Position numbers and translations under genes: made by a program. From the IMG/VR virus record IMGVR_UViG_3300045988_132610: a stretch of DNA of 41,961 bases; one strand, 5' to 3'. The DNA is from a virus. This document shows positions 17,306-24,717 of the stretch, one piece after another (the first letter of the stretch is position 1; every line of letters starts with the position of its first letter). Below the pieces are notes generated by a model. That model had not been told where the DNA came from. It saw nothing but the letters and a program-made list of their open reading frames with translations, and made no database searches.

Positions 17306-18650
17306 AGTCCACGTCCTTCATGAATTGGCCATAGGATTCGCTGATCTGCTTGGCGAAGTACTCGCGCTCCTTGTCCTTGCGGGCCTCGCTCCAGCCAAGC
17401 TCGTCCCATGCCCCCTCGCGGGAAAGGATGCCGGACGCCATGAGCTTCGTGATCGCATCAGCACGCTGAGCGTAGGTAGGCGTGTTCGGATCCTCCCAGT
17501 CGCAGCGCACCAGGTTCGCGTTAATGTCGTCGCTGGTGGCGAGCTTGTGCGCCACGGCCATGACCTGCGACCACGCATCGCCGTCGACGGCGTTCTTCAG
17601 CTCGACGTTCTTCACCAGTCTCAGCTCGTCGGCGCGGATGGCTCCCTCGGCTGCTGGATTGGCGGTGTTCATTCCGAAATAACGCATCGGAAGACCGGTG
17701 ATGGCGCTCATCTGCTCGCTCAGCAGGTCGATGACCGTCTTGAAGTTCGACAGGTCAGATGCCGTGAACTGGCCGAATTTCGCGTTCGCGTTCTTGGAGG
17801 TGAGCATCGAGTTGAAATAGGTCTTTATCGCCGATGCCGGCTGTCCGGTCTTCGCGTCGATAAAGTCGTTGTGCGTGACGCCGATCGCCCATTTGCCTGG
17901 CACCGCGTGAGTTTCCATGGCGATCTGCAGGTCGAGGATGGCGCGTGCGGCCATGTCTGTCGGCCGCACCACGTCGGCCATCTCGCTCTCGCCAAGGAAG
18001 TCGCCGGCGCGCGGACGGTTGAGGAACTGCACAACAGGGACGACGCCGAGGTGATGGTCGTCGCGGCCGGTCATGACCCACTTGCCATGCTGTTTCTCCA
18101 GCCAGAGCGTGTATTCGGGCGTGTACAGCGTCGCGTAGTCCGGCGTCCCGTTCTCCCAAGGGTCGAAATAGACGCGGAGCGCCGATTCGACGGTTCTCGT
18201 GCGCGGGTCGATGCGCGCGATCATGTTCCTGGATGATTCGACGGTGATCAGTGGATGCCGTCTGTCCTTCGGGTTAGCGCCGACGCATACGAAGCCGTGG
18301 CCCTGCACGCGTGTCTCCGTGTGCAAAAGCACCTGCTGCGATTCCATGTTGTTGTATTCCCAAAGATCGCGCAGCTCGTTTGACACCTTGTCGTCATCCG
18401 GCACGGAGAAGGATTTGACCTGCTGGCGCTGCACGACGCTATCGACCACGATGCGCGGCCAATTCAGCGGAAAAACGAACGAACGGAGTTCGGCCGGCAC
18501 GGCGATGCCGATGCTCTGGATGACCTGCCGTCCGCGATAATAATCATCCCACTGCCTATGAGGCTTGCGCAGTCGTGCAAGCCGGTAGGTGAGGCTCCTG
18601 ATGAGCTTCGCGTCATCGTCGGAAAGCCTCGATGCCTGTATCAGCTCCAC
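17193..18650 (-). CDS. portal protein
   Basis: 485 aa, immediately after the large terminase. Call is by size and position. Confidence 0.8.
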   Translation of the reverse strand: MELIQASRLSDDDAKLIRSLTYRLARLRKPHRQWDDYYRGRQVIQSIGIAVPAELRSFVFPLNWPRIVVDSVVQRQQVKSFSVPDDDKVSNELRDLWEYNNMESQQVLLHTETRVQGHGFVCVGANPKDRRHPLITVESSRNMIARIDPRTRTVESALRVYFDPWENGTPDYATLYTPEYTLWLEKQHGKWVMTGRDDHHLGVVPVVQFLNRPRAGDFLGESEMADVVRPTDMAARAILDLQIAMETHAVPGKWAIGVTHNDFIDAKTGQPASAIKTYFNSMLTSKNANAKFGQFTASDLSNFKTVIDLLSEQMSAITGLPMRYFGMNTANPAAEGAIRADELRLVKNVELKNAVDGDAWSQVMAVAHKLATSDDINANLVRCDWEDPNTPTYAQRADAITKLMASGILSREGAWDELGWSEARKDKEREYFAKQISESYGQFMKDVDYGGDDGWADASAGGDGAEPSAAQPKQPAGRDGAQTVA

Positions 18651-18660
18651 AACAGCCTCC

Positions 18661-20280
18661 TTACCAGCCGTACACCATGACCGGTGAGCCGCCTGCGCTC
18701 CAGCCGAGCGCCCTCATGTCGGACGCCGCCTCGTGCGCGAGGATGTCGGCCATGGTTATATCGATCTTCTGATTCTCGCTCGGCTTGCCGAGCACGTACT
18801 TGTCGCCAGGCTTGGCGATCCGTCGAGCAGCCATCATGTGAAGCTTCGCGACCGGGTCGTCACTGTGGGTGGTGGTGCCGTCGGTGGTGTCGGTCATGAA
18901 ACGGGTGAGCGCATCGTACATGCGGCCGGTGCGGTTCGTTGGCCACTGCACCACCACATCCTCGCCGAAGCGCACGCCCCAGTCATCGATAAGCGACTCC
19001 CACAAATGAGGGTCGCAGTAGAATCGCCTGACCCTAAAATGATTGAACAGGTCGGAAACGGCGGCGTCGACCTCGCTGCGTGGGATTCGTCCCTCCCATT
19101 CGACCGGATTCCAATACGTCGGCCGCCTGTCCACGCCGTAGACGGGTGTGAACCGGTAGCCGTCCACGGTCTCGGCGCGAATCGCCGACCAGTCGCCGGA
19201 CTGGGAACCGTCGAAGCCGAGGCATATCTCGGTATCGTCGGCCGGATACGGTCGGTCTTCGACGCCGGCGTCGTAGAGCGCTTCGGACATGTAGGAGCCG
19301 AGGCCCTGCACGAGTTCGCAACCGAAGAAGCGACGGGCCTGCGCGGGGTCGCGTGGCAGCAGCTCATCGCATGTCGCCTCGATCGCGTCCAGGTTCACCC
19401 ACGGCGAGCCCTTGTACACGAACTCGAGAATCTTCCGCCGGTCGACCCTGTCGGTGAAGTCCAGGTTGGGGTCGTGCCGGGGGAAGAACTTCATGATGTC
19501 CTTCGCCGTCGACTCGTAGGTTGCCTGGCCGAAGCTCGCGTCCATGGGGTCCCACGGGTTCGTGAGCTCCAGCATGCGCCCGTCCATGCCGGTGACGCCA
19601 CGGAGCACGGTGTCGGCGACCTCGAACATGCCGGAGCGCTTCGTGTACACGCCGGACTCGTCGCACAGAGCGAAGTTCACGGGATTGCCCAGCTTCGAGC
19701 GGGCGGAGGCGGTCACTGGGTCGATGCGCCCGCCGTTGGGCAGGCGGATGAAGCCCTCGCGCACCTTCATCAGGTCGTCCAGATGGCCGTTGCGCACCAT
19801 GGTCTGCAAAGGCCGGTACACGTTCGCGGTCTGCTCCTCACTGTTGGCGAGCAGCTGCACCAACGCGGTGCGCCGGGGCATGCCCATCGGCTCTTCCGGC
19901 CGGTACTCGTAGGAGAAGCCGCACCCACATCCCCAGTCCTCGCAGCGGAACTCCTCGCCGCCTTCGGCCCAGCCGCAGAACACGCAGGGGCCCACGGCCT
20001 CGAAGCAGGCCACGGCAGCGCCGAACGGCGACTTACCTAGCTTCTGGCCGCCGACGATCTGGCCGCGACGCCATTGGAACGCGCCGCCCTGCAACGGGCG
20101 CGACGCATTGAACCGCGTACCGGCCTTGACGGTGTAGAAGTCCACCGCGTTCGCCAACTGCCAGCCCACGAGGCTGAACGGCTTGTTGAGGTCATAGCCG
20201 GAAGGCACCACGCAGTGGGCGCGAGTCCATGCGGCCATCAGGAAGCCCAGCGAGGCTGGAGGCTGCCTACGTTCCGCCAT
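18661..20280 (-). CDS. terL: terminase large subunit
   Basis: 539 aa, between the small terminase and the portal. It has a Walker A-like GGQKLGKS and an acidic C-terminal nuclease half (LGFDGSQSGDWSAI). Confidence 0.8.
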   Translation of the reverse strand: MAERRQPPASLGFLMAAWTRAHCVVPSGYDLNKPFSLVGWQLANAVDFYTVKAGTRFNASRPLQGGAFQWRRGQIVGGQKLGKSPFGAAVACFEAVGPCVFCGWAEGGEEFRCEDWGCGCGFSYEYRPEEPMGMPRRTALVQLLANSEEQTANVYRPLQTMVRNGHLDDLMKVREGFIRLPNGGRIDPVTASARSKLGNPVNFALCDESGVYTKRSGMFEVADTVLRGVTGMDGRMLELTNPWDPMDASFGQATYESTAKDIMKFFPRHDPNLDFTDRVDRRKILEFVYKGSPWVNLDAIEATCDELLPRDPAQARRFFGCELVQGLGSYMSEALYDAGVEDRPYPADDTEICLGFDGSQSGDWSAIRAETVDGYRFTPVYGVDRRPTYWNPVEWEGRIPRSEVDAAVSDLFNHFRVRRFYCDPHLWESLIDDWGVRFGEDVVVQWPTNRTGRMYDALTRFMTDTTDGTTTHSDDPVAKLHMMAARRIAKPGDKYVLGKPSENQKIDITMADILAHEAASDMRALGWSAGGSPVMVYGW

Positions 20281-20292
20281 ACGACACCTCGC

Positions 20293-20829
20293 TTATTCCT
20301 GCATCGACTGCCATTCGTCGCGCGGATCAGGGAAATCGACTATCTTCGCGCTCTTCCTATGCGGCTGGGGTTTCTCGTCGGCCACGATGCGCCAACCGTT
20401 CAGCCGCAGCCCCTGAGGGGTGAGCCCGATGGAATCCGCGTAGCGGCACAGGGTCGTCCGGTCGGCGGCCTTCGCGTCGGAAGACTCGCACAGCACGTAC
20501 TGGCGGACGTAGAGGGCCACCATGTGCTGCAGGTACTTGTACTGCGGGCGGCTCCACGCATACCCCTGCGGGTAGCGCCACAATTCGTTCCACACGTCAC
20601 GCTCGCGCTCGTTCCACTGCGCCGAGGCCGCGTCGTCGGGCTCGCGATGGAAGCCGTCATCGTCCTTGAACGTGAACCAGACGACGTACCGCGGCAGCGG
20701 GAACTTCGGGTGAGGTCGCCTGTAGCCGTTCGCGGGCAGAGCGAACAGGCCGGCGGCGCGCTGCTGGAACGCCTCTGACGAGGGGTCGGGCATCCTGCCC
20801 GCCTTCGCGCGGGCACCACCGCTGGGCAT
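20293..20829 (-). CDS. terS: terminase small subunit
   Basis: ORF track gives 20293..20835 (TTG). ATG 20829 lies 6 nt after GAGGTGA. Call is by position upstream of terL. Confidence 0.65.
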   Translation of the reverse strand: MPSGGARAKAGRMPDPSSEAFQQRAAGLFALPANGYRRPHPKFPLPRYVVWFTFKDDDGFHREPDDAASAQWNERERDVWNELWRYPQGYAWSRPQYKYLQHMVALYVRQYVLCESSDAKAADRTTLCRYADSIGLTPQGLRLNGWRIVADEKPQPHRKSAKIVDFPDPRDEWQSMQE

Positions 20830-20835
20830 GGCCAA

Positions 20836-21133
20836 TCACCTCTTCCTTCGACGTGTAGGCAGCGGCGTCACGCCCATATTTCTCACTACGTCCCGCTCGT
20901 TCGGCTCCTGTTGGAGCGTAAACAGACGGTCGCGGGCCGCCCCTCATCTGTCCTGTTCCGCGTAGTATCTACGATTCGCCGCCTCCCAAACCTCTTGGCT
21001 GCGGTTCGGGGAGGGTCGGTCCTTGTCTCGGGCCAATCCCTGTCTGAAATGTTTGAAACGCAAAAACTTGCGAGTCCCCTCACCGGCGGTCTCGGCGGGG
21101 TTCGGCGGGGGTTCCATCCCCACCCCGTCGCCG
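20836..21133. other. non-coding packaging region, candidate cos site
   Basis: A 298-bp gap between the HNH and terS genes with G-rich direct repeats (ggttcggggagggtcgg; ctcggcggggttcggcgggggttcc). HNH next to terminase is typical of cos-packaging phages. Confidence 0.3.
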
Positions 21134-21550
21134 TTAGTTTTCCGGCGGGGGCGTTGGTTCCTGTTTGTTCCAGTGTTCGCGCATGCGGTTGCTGTTGGCT
21201 GCTCCCGCTTTGCGGTTGCAGCTCGCGTGTTCGGGTCCGTTGTATCCGTCGCGCCGGTCGTTATGCCCAAGGTCCCATGCTTGGCCGCGGGTAACGGGCA
21301 GGTGGCAGCGGGGGCAGAGTGGCGCGGCCCCGTTGTCGATGGCCGCTTGCCATCGGGCGCGGAGCCGCTTGTGTGGGGCACCATACCCCCGTTGGGTGGC
21401 GGTGCCCCTCTCCCTCTCGTGGGCCCTGCCGTGTTCGGCGCAGTAGCGTTTGCCTGCGGGTATGAGCTGTGGGCAGTGGGTGTATGAGCATCTGCGTAGT
21501 GCCATTTGTTGTTTGCCTGGTCCTGCGTGTCGTGTGTCCCCGGCTTGCAT
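21134..21550 (-). CDS. HNH endonuclease (terminase-associated)
   Basis: 138 aa with CPQLIPAGKRYCAEH ... CPRCHLPVTRGQAWDLGHNDRRDGYNGPEHASCNRKAG (His-Asn-His and zinc-finger pattern). An alternative start is ATG 21505. Confidence 0.8.
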   Translation of the reverse strand: MQAGDTRHAGPGKQQMALRRCSYTHCPQLIPAGKRYCAEHGRAHERERGTATQRGYGAPHKRLRARWQAAIDNGAAPLCPRCHLPVTRGQAWDLGHNDRRDGYNGPEHASCNRKAGAANSNRMREHWNKQEPTPPPEN

Positions 21551-21579
21551 ATCTATAGTTATTGTGTTACTATAGATAT
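21549..21579. promoter_or_regulatory. AT-rich 11-bp inverted repeat (ATATCTATAGT n9 ACTATAGATAT) in a divergent control region
   Basis: Read directly. It lies between the HNH start and the RBS (GAAAGGAGG) of the plus-strand gene at 21600. Confidence 0.6.
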
Positions 21580-21599
21580 GTCAGCAGAAAGGAGGTCCG

Positions 21600-21707
21600 A
21601 TGAATCCAAAGGATTGGTTCGATGTCATCAACGGCATCATCGCCAACGTCCTCGCCGCGATAGCCATAATCATCGCAATCAGACGAAGACCGAAGCACAA
21701 GAAGTAA
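21600..21707 (+). CDS. 35-aa single-pass membrane peptide
   Basis: MNPKDWFDVINGIIANVLAAIAIIIAIRRRPKHKK, with GGAGG 5 nt upstream. Too short for the ORF track. Confidence 0.55.
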   Translation: MNPKDWFDVINGIIANVLAAIAIIIAIRRRPKHKK

Positions 21708-21773
21708 AACAGGTTCCGGCTAACCCTACTAGCCGGAACCTCCCCGCCAATCCTATCTCATCGGAAACACATC

Positions 21774-21944
21774 ATGAGAACATCACTGATTTTCGGAATC
21801 GTGGCCCTGACGTTCGGAGCCATGGCCCTGGGCGGCGCGCTATCCGACAGCCCGATAGTATCTGGCAGCTTCGGTCTCGCGGCCGGAATCATGGGCCTTG
21901 CGGCCGGAATCATCAACGGCAAGGAAGGCAACAATGACGACTGA
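21774..21944 (+). CDS. 56-aa two-helix membrane protein
   Basis: MRTSLIFGIVALTFGAMALGGALSDSPIVSGSFGLAAGIMGLAAGIINGKEGNNDD, translated by hand. Too short for the ORF track. Confidence 0.5.
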   Translation: MRTSLIFGIVALTFGAMALGGALSDSPIVSGSFGLAAGIMGLAAGIINGKEGNNDD

Positions 21945-22137
21945 ATACCTCGGCGTCAAACAGGTCGCCGAACGCCTCGGCATCACCAGCGGCGGCCTGC
22001 TCAACCTCAAACTCCCCGAACCCGACGCGACCATAGGCCGCACTCGGGGCTGGCTGCCTGAGACCATCGATGAATGGAACGCCCAACGTCCGGGACGTGG
22101 TGTCGGCGGAGGAAGGCCACGCAAGAACAAAGCATAG
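21934..22137 (+). CDS. excisionase/MerR-type helix-turn-helix protein
   Basis: Internal ATG of ORF 21898..22137: MTTEYLGVKQVAERLGITSGGLLNLKLPEPDATIGRTRGWLPETIDEWNAQRPGRGVGGGRPRKNKA. Confidence 0.65.
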   Translation: MTTEYLGVKQVAERLGITSGGLLNLKLPEPDATIGRTRGWLPETIDEWNAQRPGRGVGGGRPRKNKA

Positions 22138-22146
22138 ATACGCGAA

Positions 22147-22169
22147 AACCCAGCCACTTGAGCTGGGTT
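22147..22169 (-). terminator. intrinsic terminator closing the minus-strand early operon (hairpin shared with the convergent plus-strand island)
   Basis: AACCCAGC n7 GCTGGGTT, followed on the minus strand by TTTTCGCG. It lies 32 nt after the stop of 22201..22968. Confidence 0.6.
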
Positions 22170-22200
22170 CTCGACACTTCTGCCACTGCATATTATGGCT

Positions 22201-22968
22201 TCACCTAACGGATTTTGTCAAATCGGGGCCGATGAGCAGCCGGTACACGTCGCAGTAGGCGTATCCATCCGCATGACGGGGCAGTTTGCCGCGCTGCTCC
22301 CACGTGGTGATGGTCTTACGGCTGACCTTGAGCCCCGAGACGGCGAATGCCTTGGAGATGTCCGCCGCCGAACCTCGCTCGGAATCATCCCAACACAATG
22401 TCTTGAGTCGGCGCAGTTTGACCGTCTGAGCTCGCTGTTCCCTCCCGCACACGGGACAGGTGACCCACTGGTCTGCCGCGCCTGCGGTGAGCATGGTCTC
22501 GCATAGTTCGCAGGTGCCGATTTCGCGGCGTTGCTCTGGCGGGTCCAAAACCGTATCGACCTTGCGGGCAAGGTCGTTGATGACGTGCATGTAGAGGCCG
22601 GCGTCCGCGAACGTGGCGAGCCTGGGGTGGCCTGCGCATGCGATGAGCGTGGCCTTCAGATCCTCGTTGCGTTTGTCTTTGCGCCAGTCCAAGGCGTCGA
22701 TGCCGTCGAGGCAACGCCATAGTTCACGGGCCGTGGCGTCGAGCATGTCGATGAGGTCGAGCACGTCGAGCCTGATTGGAGTCGGGGGAGTGGCCGTCTG
22801 GATCCTGACCGGCGAATGCCCTCCCGGATGCAGTGTCGCGTCCAATGAGTCGTGCAGTGGCGTGATGTCTCGCGCGAGTCGCAGGAGCGTGCCGGCGAAC
22901 CGCAGCTCGCATGCCTCGCACAGTGAGTATCCCTCTTCGGTTATCGTTTTGCAGTTCTGGCAGTTCAC
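22201..22968 (-). CDS. zinc-finger plus C-terminal HTH DNA-binding protein (possible late-gene regulator)
   Basis: 255 aa with CQNC..CEAC at the N-terminus, CELC...CPVC in the middle, and a C-terminal HTH (ISKAFAVSGLKVSRKTITTWEQRG). Confidence 0.65.
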   Translation of the reverse strand: MNCQNCKTITEEGYSLCEACELRFAGTLLRLARDITPLHDSLDATLHPGGHSPVRIQTATPPTPIRLDVLDLIDMLDATARELWRCLDGIDALDWRKDKRNEDLKATLIACAGHPRLATFADAGLYMHVINDLARKVDTVLDPPEQRREIGTCELCETMLTAGAADQWVTCPVCGREQRAQTVKLRRLKTLCWDDSERGSAADISKAFAVSGLKVSRKTITTWEQRGKLPRHADGYAYCDVYRLLIGPDLTKSVR

Positions 22969-22991
22969 GTTAGCCCCTTCCGGCTGGTCGG

Positions 22992-23498
22992 CTAGAATAG
23001 TGTTTGCTTCTCGCCCTGGCCGACCTTGTTGGCTGGGGTTTTCTCATGCTTGAGCTGGCTGTACGGCATATCCCATATGCGTTTGAATTCGGCTATCTCC
23101 TGCTTCGACAGTTTCGGCCCGCCCCACGGCTTGCCCGGCGGCCGCTCGCGGCTTGGTGGTTTGAACGGTTTGACGCTTATCCGGGCGAGATGGCACATGT
23201 GCATGGCCAGATACTGGCCGTCCGGTCTGATGCCTGCATCTCCGCAGGTGCTACGGAGCAGCGGGTGGCCGACGGAGGGAAGCCACGTGACGCGGGTCAA
23301 CGGCCGGCCGAGGATTATCGCCACGGTCAGGTCGTCACCCGCCACACACCCGTAATCCCACGACTCCCACACGGTTTCCCGATCCTCGATGACGTACAGG
23401 CCGCACCCCTCGCAGACGGTGACAACGAGGGGACTCGTTTTCGGGATGAACGCGCGAAGCCATGCTGGTTTGCGTTCACGGGCGCGTGACCTGCTCAC
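22992..23498 (-). CDS. hypothetical protein
   Basis: Distal 168 codons of ORF 22992..23666. GTG 23498 forms a GTGA overlap with the upstream stop. The upstream extension overlaps gene 23495..23737 and was discarded. Confidence 0.5.
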   Translation of the reverse strand: MSRSRARERKPAWLRAFIPKTSPLVVTVCEGCGLYVIEDRETVWESWDYGCVAGDDLTVAIILGRPLTRVTWLPSVGHPLLRSTCGDAGIRPDGQYLAMHMCHLARISVKPFKPPSRERPPGKPWGGPKLSKQEIAEFKRIWDMPYSQLKHEKTPANKVGQGEKQTLF

Positions 23499-23737
23499 TC
23501 CTCCATTGCCTTTCTTCTTGCCGCGTCGAACGCGATTCTGATGATGTTCTCCAACCACGTGCCGGGGAGCGTGATGAACTTTCGGGTTTCGGCCATGGCG
23601 GCGGCAATCTCCTCTTCGGTGATTCCGCGTGACGCTCCGGCCTTGTATCCTCGTCCCCACGCCCACTGCAGGTCACTGTCGATGTACGACGGGTCACGCT
23701 GCTTCTGTGCCTCGATTTCACTGCTGATGATGCTCAT
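23495..23737 (-). CDS. hypothetical protein
   Basis: ATG 23737 (MSIISSEIEAQKQRDPSYID...) follows GGAGGAAA and lies within ORF 23495..23827. Confidence 0.55.
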   Translation of the reverse strand: MSIISSEIEAQKQRDPSYIDSDLQWAWGRGYKAGASRGITEEEIAAAMAETRKFITLPGTWLENIIRIAFDAARRKAMEE

Positions 23738-23912
23738 TCGTTTCCTCCGTTTCGTTGTTGATTGCAGTTTCGATTCGTATGCACAGGTCGAGCGCTTCCC
23801 GCCAGCCGGCCTGGTAGCCGAGCACATACGCCTCTGCCGGCGACTCGCTGCCCAATCCCGCTGAGGCCAGTGCGCTGAGCGCCTGTTGAATCACGTCAAT
23901 CGGTCCGGCCAT
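23718..23912 (-). CDS. hypothetical protein
   Basis: 64-aa ORF packed within the operon. Confidence 0.45.
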   Translation of the reverse strand: MAGPIDVIQQALSALASAGLGSESPAEAYVLGYQAGWREALDLCIRIETAINNETEETNEHHQQ

Positions 23913-23915
23913 GGG

Positions 23916-24140
23916 TCAGTCCTCCCATTTGATGTCCTGGATTTCATGCAGCACCGCTTCGCAGGCGGTGATGAGTACGCTGAGCATACGGCGGCCGTGA
24001 TGTCCTCTCCGGTCAAGGTTGAACAGGACGGGATGGCCTTGACTCCACTGGCCGATGCCGATGGAGGCGATTGGGATGGTTTCGACCAGATTGGTGTCAG
24101 CATCCTCACAGCGGTATTGGATGGTGACGGATTCTTTCAT
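23916..24140 (-). CDS. hypothetical protein
   Basis: 74-aa ORF with a 4-nt overlap on the upstream gene. Confidence 0.5.
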   Translation of the reverse strand: MKESVTIQYRCEDADTNLVETIPIASIGIGQWSQGHPVLFNLDRRGHHGRRMLSVLITACEAVLHEIQDIKWED

Positions 24141-24508
24141 GCTTCCTCGCTTTCAGTCGTGTGGCAGTTTGTGTCGAGCCAGTCGGCGATGACGCGGAAG
24201 TCCTTGGCCCATTGGATGCGGTTTTCCCGCTCCCGCTCGTCCTTGGGAGCTGGTTTCGGCTCATTGAGGTTGAGTAGTCCGTATTCGGGTTTCTTCAGAT
24301 AGTGGCAGCGGGCGCGTCCGCGTCCCTTGCCGGCTTGCTTGTAGTTGATGAGCTGGAGTATGTGCAGCATCTCCAACGCCTTGGTCGGATCGAAGTTCGG
24401 GGTCTCAGAATCCGCATCGAAGCGCTTTCGAAGCTCGGGCGTGGTTCCCTCTCCATTGCCAAGCTCCCATGCGGTCGCTTCGATCTGCTCCCTGAATGTG
24501 AGTGCCAT
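24137..24508 (-). CDS. hypothetical protein
   Basis: ATG 24508 (MALTFREQIEATAWELG...) follows GGAGACCGGAAG, inside ORF 24137..24622. Confidence 0.55.
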   Translation of the reverse strand: MALTFREQIEATAWELGNGEGTTPELRKRFDADSETPNFDPTKALEMLHILQLINYKQAGKGRGRARCHYLKKPEYGLLNLNEPKPAPKDERERENRIQWAKDFRVIADWLDTNCHTTESEEA

Positions 24509-24540
24509 CTTCCGGTCTCCTTTCTGACGTTTTCTTGATT

Positions 24541-24717
24541 GGGAACAACTAGTGTCGTTGACGTGCTTTTTTTGCTGTTCCGGAGGGCCGAGTCGCAGTT
24601 GTTCCCGCACCCACCCACACACGTAGTGTGGGTGGGGAGTGCTGGGAACAGCTGGACATCGCTACTCCAGTTGTTCCGGGAACAACTCGGAACAACTGGG
24701 AACAACGGGAACAACTA
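24541..24717. repeat. iteron-like array of GGGAACAAC(T) repeats plus an 11-bp perfect hairpin; candidate replication origin or regulator-binding region
   Basis: Copies: 24541..24550 (+), 24597..24606 (inverted), 24644..24653 (variant GGGAACAGCT), and 24669..24677 (inverted, forming the palindrome AGTTGTTCCGGGAACAACT). Four tandem direct copies follow at 24678..24687, 24689..24697, 24698..24706 and 24707..24716. Hairpin: CCCACCCACAC acgta GTGTGGGTGGG at 24610..24636. Confidence 0.7.

Noticed and set aside
22992-23666. Full 224-aa version of this ORF, and similar long N-terminal extensions (13349..13864, 24137..24622, 39221..39727, 41339..41944)
   Set aside because: The upstream parts overlap well-supported neighbouring genes and are Arg-rich. 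Internal starts with good RBS or stop-start overlaps give compact operon packing.
24541-24717. Possible CRISPR array
   Set aside because: The repeats are only 9 to 10 bp, directly abutting or in mixed orientation, with no spacers of regular length. This is an iteron-type pattern, not CRISPR.
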